Shown: positions 60,295-64,000 of the stretch, in pieces
How positions within the stretch are numbered: position 1 is the first letter of the stretch
Layout of the letters: each line of letters starts with the position of its first letter
Assembly: GCA_000432335.1 (NCBI GenBank)
Contig: HF995366.1
Coordinates: 10,792-74,791 of the forward strand
DNA: 64,000 nucleotides
Direction of reading: 5' to 3'
From: Firmicutes bacterium CAG:646
Lineage (GTDB): Bacteria; Bacillota; Clostridia; Lachnospirales; Lachnospiraceae
Made by a program: the position numbers and the translations under genes
The notes under the pieces: generated by a model
The model's database searches: none
The model's input: the letters and a program-made list of their open reading frames with translations, nothing else
Told to the model about the DNA's origin: nothing

Positions 60295-61077
60295 TTATTT
60301 AAGAGCTTCACACCATTTCAGTACTTTCTCAAACTCCATATTCCCCCCAAACAAATCCAAAGCGCTTCCTATAGTCACATCCACCCGATTTTCCCCCGCT
60401 TTTCTAAGCTTTTCCAGATCTTCAAAACTTCCCACACCGCCAGCGTAAGTCACCGGGACGTTTCCGCACTGCGCCAGCAGTTTTACCAGCTCTTCTTCAA
60501 TTCCAGAAGCCTTTCCTTCCACGTCCACAGCATGTACTAAAAATTCATCGCAATACCCGGAAAACTCTTCCAGCGTTTTTGTATTTACCGGAACCTGAGT
60601 AAATCTCTGCCAGCGATCCGTGACAATATAATATTCTCCCTCCCGTTTCCTGCAGCTAAGATCCAATACCAGATGTTCTTTCCCCACTGCCCGACGCATC
60701 CGCTCCAGATTTTCCCAGCATACCTGTCCATCCTGAAATACATAGGAAGTCACGATCACATGACTGGCTCCCCCTTGCAAAAATTCTTCTCCATTTTCCG
60801 CCCGGATACCGCCTCCTATCTGCAAAGCTCCCGGATAGGCTGCCAGAGCCTGCATCGCCTGCCTTCTGGTCTCTTCATAATATGGAGAATCCACTGCGTT
60901 CAATAAAATAACATGTCCGCCCCGAATATGGTAAGATTGATAAAAACGCGCATAATAAGCCGCATCCTGACCGGACACAAAATTTTCTTTTGCCTGATCC
61001 CCTTGATCCTTAAGGCTTCCGCCTACAATCTGTTTTACTTTTCCATTATGTATATCAATGCATGGTCGAAATTTCAT
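60295..61077 (-). CDS. hisA: ProFAR isomerase HisA, eukaryotic His6-like type
   Basis: MKFRPCIDIHNGKVKQIVGGSL...LVLDLSCRK...YAGG is collinear with yeast His6 as I remember it. Confidence 0.75.
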   Translation of the reverse strand: MKFRPCIDIHNGKVKQIVGGSLKDQGDQAKENFVSGQDAAYYARFYQSYHIRGGHVILLNAVDSPYYEETRRQAMQALAAYPGALQIGGGIRAENGEEFLQGGASHVIVTSYVFQDGQVCWENLERMRRAVGKEHLVLDLSCRKREGEYYIVTDRWQRFTQVPVNTKTLEEFSGYCDEFLVHAVDVEGKASGIEEELVKLLAQCGNVPVTYAGGVGSFEDLEKLRKAGENRVDVTIGSALDLFGGNMEFEKVLKWCEALK

Positions 61078-61133
61078 ACGGTTATCCCCTTTCCATGCAT
61101 TGATCTTATCACGATCTGCCGATACCAGCAAGA

Positions 61134-61604
61134 CTATTTCATGGTACCGTTATTCGTGGAGTTATCGTCTGTCGTATGGTTCGTATTGTTATTCTTTTCA
61201 CTTCCGCCGCCGGTAAGGTCTTCTACACCCTCTCCAACGCCCTCGCCAATATCTTTAATTCCCTCGCCTACATCTTCTCCCAGATCTTCCACCACATTTC
61301 CGTCATTCTGCGGATTGTCTTCTCCCGCTGTCGCGTCGTTTACATTGCCATCCATCGCGCCGTCATCCATAGTGTTATCTGTGTTCGCACCATCCTGATC
61401 CACGGTTCCCTTGTTATCTGTACCGTTCATGGTATCCTTCTGATCTTTTCCATTTGCGTCCTTATCATCGGTATTCTGATTTTCATCTGTGGTTCCCGCT
61501 CCGTTCTTATCGGTGTTTCTGCCGGAATTACCGCAGCCTGCTGCCATACTCATCGCTGCTGCCAGCGCCATGACCATCATCCATTTTTTCAAATGTCTCT
61601 TCAT
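61134..61604 (-). CDS. Lipoprotein, D/N/G/T-rich low-complexity
   Basis: Lipobox MSMAAGC. Compositionally biased remainder. Confidence 0.55.
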   Translation of the reverse strand: MKRHLKKWMMVMALAAAMSMAAGCGNSGRNTDKNGAGTTDENQNTDDKDANGKDQKDTMNGTDNKGTVDQDGANTDNTMDDGAMDGNVNDATAGEDNPQNDGNVVEDLGEDVGEGIKDIGEGVGEGVEDLTGGGSEKNNNTNHTTDDNSTNNGTMK

Positions 61605-61808
61605 GATCTAATCTCCTTTTCTATGTTTTTTTGAACTTTACTATCCTTACTATGTACAAAACATTGAAAAATATGCATGAAGAAAAAATGACGCAGCAGA
61701 TATTTAGTCTTAACTTTCTCTCCTAAATTTCTGCTGTGCCATCTTATAACTACTACGTTACAGGCAGCTGCAATGATTTTTATCCAATTTTTTCAAAAAT
61801 AAATTTAT

Positions 61809-62564
61809 TTATCCGATCACATCACTCATCTGATACCAGCCCGGTTCTTTTCCTGCCAGGTACTTCGCAGCCTGAATCGCGCCTTTGGCAAATATATTCT
61901 TGGAGTAAGCGGTATGCTGGAAGGTTATCACTTCATCTTCCCCTGCAAAGATCACGTCATGCTCTCCCACGATCGTACCGCCCCGCACTGCAGAAATTCC
62001 AATTTCTTTCGGATCTCTTTTTTCTCTTCTCTGACTTCTGTCATATGTATAATGATATGCCTGATCCAGACCTTCATTGATACTATCTGCCAGAGCCAAC
62101 GCAGTTCCGCTGGGCGCATCCACCTTCAGACGATGATGCTTCTCCACGATCTCCATATCAAATCCTGCCGCTGCCAGTGTCTGCGCCGCTTCCTTCACCA
62201 GCTTCATCAGCAGATTGATTCCCAGAGACATGTTGGCAGACTTTAATACCGCCACCTTTTTACTGGTATCTTCCACCTTTTTCAACTGTTCCTCACTGAG
62301 CCCGGTGGTACACAGCACTACTGGCAACTTTCTGTCTGCACAATATTCCAAAAGAACATCTGTGGCTTTTGCTGAACAGAAATCAATCACTACATCCGCC
62401 TCTGTCTGACAGCTCCAGATATCGGTAAATACCGGATAGCCGTTCTCCCGGTTATCCACCAGATCGATACCGGCTACGATCTCAACTTCCGGATCGGCCG
62501 CTGTCATCGCACTTACTACCTGCCCCATATGACCATTACAGCCATGCATAATTACTTTTACCAT
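61809..62564 (-). CDS. dapB: 4-hydroxy-tetrahydrodipicolinate reductase
   Basis: MVKVIMHGCNGHMGQVV... Confidence 0.9.
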   Translation of the reverse strand: MVKVIMHGCNGHMGQVVSAMTAADPEVEIVAGIDLVDNRENGYPVFTDIWSCQTEADVVIDFCSAKATDVLLEYCADRKLPVVLCTTGLSEEQLKKVEDTSKKVAVLKSANMSLGINLLMKLVKEAAQTLAAAGFDMEIVEKHHRLKVDAPSGTALALADSINEGLDQAYHYTYDRSQRREKRDPKEIGISAVRGGTIVGEHDVIFAGEDEVITFQHTAYSKNIFAKGAIQAAKYLAGKEPGWYQMSDVIG

Positions 62565-62587
62565 TTTTTCGTCCTCTATTTCACTTT

Positions 62588-63475
62588 CTATGCCAGCCTC
62601 AGTCCGAATTTTACCATTTCGTCTGCCAAAACTTTTTTGTGCGCTTCTTCCATCTCCGTAAGCGGCATACGCAGCGGTCCTACTTCCATACCCATCAGAT
62701 TCATAGCGGCTTTTACCGGAATCGGATTTACTTCACTGAACAATGCTCTCACCAGCGGCAGGGCTTTCAACTGAAGTCTGCGGCTTTCCTCTATCTTTCC
62801 ATTCATAAACAGTTCTACAATATCGTGCGTTTCCCGGGGAGCGATATTGGAAAGTACGGAAATCACACCTTTTCCTCCCAGAGACAGGATCGGTACGATC
62901 TGATCGTCATTTCCTGAATAAATATCAATCTTCCCATCACATTTCTCTATGGTTTCTGCCACATGGCTGATGTTGCCGGAAGCTTCCTTTACCCCCACGA
63001 TATATTCCACATTTTTTACCAGATGAGCAATCGTGTCCGCAGACATACTGCATCCGGTACGACTGGGTACATTATACAAAACTGCTGGAACCTTTGCCGC
63101 ATTCGCCACCGTTGTATAATGTCCGATCAAACCTTTCTGCGTCGCTTTATTATAATAAGGCGTAACCAGAAGGATACCGTCTGCTCCCACCTGCGCCGCT
63201 TCCTCCGACATCTGAACCGCTGTTGCGGTGGAATTTGATCCTGTACCTGCAATCACCGGAATTCTATGGTTCACTTTATCAATGGTGAATCTAATCGTTT
63301 CCAGATGTTCTTCCTCGGTAAGTGTTGCAGATTCTCCTGTGGTTCCGCAGATAACAATACAGTCGGTACCGCCCGCAATCTGATCTTCCAGAATCTCATC
63401 CAACTTCTCATAATTCACCTCATAATTGTCTTTCATCGGTGTAACGATCGCCACACCTGCACCTGTAAAAATAGC
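62588..63475 (-). CDS. dapA: 4-hydroxy-tetrahydrodipicolinate synthase
   Basis: MAIFTGAGVAIVTPM...GTTGES...; Schiff-base Lys block VGVKEASG. RBS GGAG. The track start is upstream inside the riboswitch. Confidence 0.9.
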   Translation of the reverse strand, partial: AIFTGAGVAIVTPMKDNYEVNYEKLDEILEDQIAGGTDCIVICGTTGESATLTEEEHLETIRFTIDKVNHRIPVIAGTGSNSTATAVQMSEEAAQVGADGILLVTPYYNKATQKGLIGHYTTVANAAKVPAVLYNVPSRTGCSMSADTIAHLVKNVEYIVGVKEASGNISHVAETIEKCDGKIDIYSGNDDQIVPILSLGGKGVISVLSNIAPRETHDIVELFMNGKIEESRRLQLKALPLVRALFSEVNPIPVKAAMNLMGMEVGPLRMPLTEMEEAHKKVLADEMVKFGLRLA

Positions 63476-63510
63476 CATAACAAATCTCCTTTCTGTACGA
63501 AGTATTGCAA

Positions 63511-63758
63511 AAACAAAACAGAGGTGCGCCGCCAACGGAAGCCCACCTCTAAAGAATCCATACAGTAATAAAACAACTTCACCTGTTTTCTTCGGATAGC
63601 ACTCCATCTTGCGATGACAGTCATGAGGTTCTTCACCCCCATGCCCAGGGACAAGATCTCAGGTCTCCTGTTCCTTCGGCACCCTCTCCTTTCCCTTTCC
63701 TTCTCCTGTTCCTGATACATCTGAAAAGGTACTGATAGAACGTGCAACCTCTATCTCT
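63511..63758 (-). promoter_or_regulatory. Lysine riboswitch (L-box) with terminator, controlling dapA-dapB
   Basis: Minus strand AGAGGTTGCACG...GGTGCCGAAGG...GGAGAC...TGACTGTCATCG...TGGAGTGCTATCCGAAG, then AGAGGTG...CACCTCT GTTTTGTTTTT. Matches L-box hallmarks (AGAGGTGC, GCCGAAG, GCTGTCA, TGGAGGGCTATC in B. subtilis lysC). Confidence 0.8.
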
Positions 63759-63769
63759 GTGTTTTATTT

Positions 63770-63798
63770 ACTATATCATTATTCAATTTTGTTGTCAA
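63770..63798 (-). promoter_or_regulatory. Promoter of the L-box transcript
   Basis: Minus strand TTGACA - 17 nt - TATAGT. The -35 overlaps the stop codon of the upstream gene. Confidence 0.6.
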
Positions 63799-64000
63799 TC
63801 CACATACTCCAGTTTGCTTACGGAAATCTCATATGCCGTCCTCTTTTCTGTCTCTTCCTCACTGAGTCTTTTTACATATTCCCGGCTCTGGATTCTTCCC
63901 CAGATCAGCACATGACCTCCCACCTGAAAAGCCGACGCATAACGGGCGTTTCTGCCCCAGCAGATACAGGGGATATAATCTGATTTTCCATAAGGCCGGT
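63795..64000 (-). CDS. 3' end of an unidentified gene (68 codons; runs off the window end)
   Basis: Minus-strand frame ...SDYIPCICWGRNARYASAFQVGGHVLIWGRIQSREYVKRLSEEETEKRTAYEISVSKLEYVD ending at TGA. Confidence 0.35.
   Translation of the reverse strand, partial: RPYGKSDYIPCICWGRNARYASAFQVGGHVLIWGRIQSREYVKRLSEEETEKRTAYEISVSKLEYVD

Noticed and set aside
63433-63747. 104-aa minus-strand ORF
   Set aside because: It coincides with the lysine riboswitch aptamer. The amino-acid sequence is Arg/Trp-rich, typical of structured RNA read as protein.
1-64000. CRISPR arrays, rRNA/tRNA genes, transposases/integrases
   Set aside because: No regularly spaced direct repeats of 24-40 bp with unique spacers, no tRNA-like T-loop/acceptor arrangements, and no transposase or integrase reading frames were seen on either strand.

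Overview
This 64 kb window is a chromosomal segment from a low-to-moderate-GC Firmicute (Clostridia, Lachnospiraceae-like). It shows AGGAGG-type ribosome-binding sites, many zinc-ribbon/transmembrane proteins and sporulation-type genes, and almost all genes are on the minus strand. All identifications are from reading the translations and the sequence by eye; no database search was run. The six-frame ORF track shows non-ATG start codons (e.g. TTG) as 'M', so several starts below were moved to the first ATG with a good RBS.

Main content, in order:
- A lactose/galactoside utilisation operon (AraC regulator, solute-binding protein, two ABC permeases, GH2 LacZ, GH42 beta-galactosidase, GalT), with nrdD upstream.
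- asnA, dapF and an NCS2 purine permease with an attenuator-like leader.
- hisC and an ABC exporter.
- An orphan oadB plus oadG-like Na+-pump pair, preceded by a consensus promoter and a roughly 215-nt leader containing a strong intrinsic terminator (candidate riboswitch).
- An AT-rich islet with a HipA-like kinase, an XRE regulator and frameshifted receiver-domain remnants, bounded by a 19-bp inverted repeat.
- A MacB/FtsX ABC transporter divergent from a LytTR/HPK10 two-component system, next to a Csp-like S8 protease.
- A decayed sugar locus (PfkB kinase, N-terminally truncated GH4, truncated LacI).
- A NUDIX hydrolase, and an FMN riboswitch controlling an ECF S component.
- A split chrA and a LysR regulator; a zinc-ribbon/TM gene interrupted by an in-frame TAA; tex.
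- DUF4190, DUF2752 and DUF975 membrane proteins.
- An ACT-hom-apgM-lysC threonine operon.
- A YdjGHI-like SPFH / zinc-ribbon / TPM trio.
- prfB with its programmed +1 frameshift, secA, an esterase, hpf, a His6-type hisA, and a lysine riboswitch controlling dapA-dapB.

No rRNA, tRNA, CRISPR array or transposase was found.
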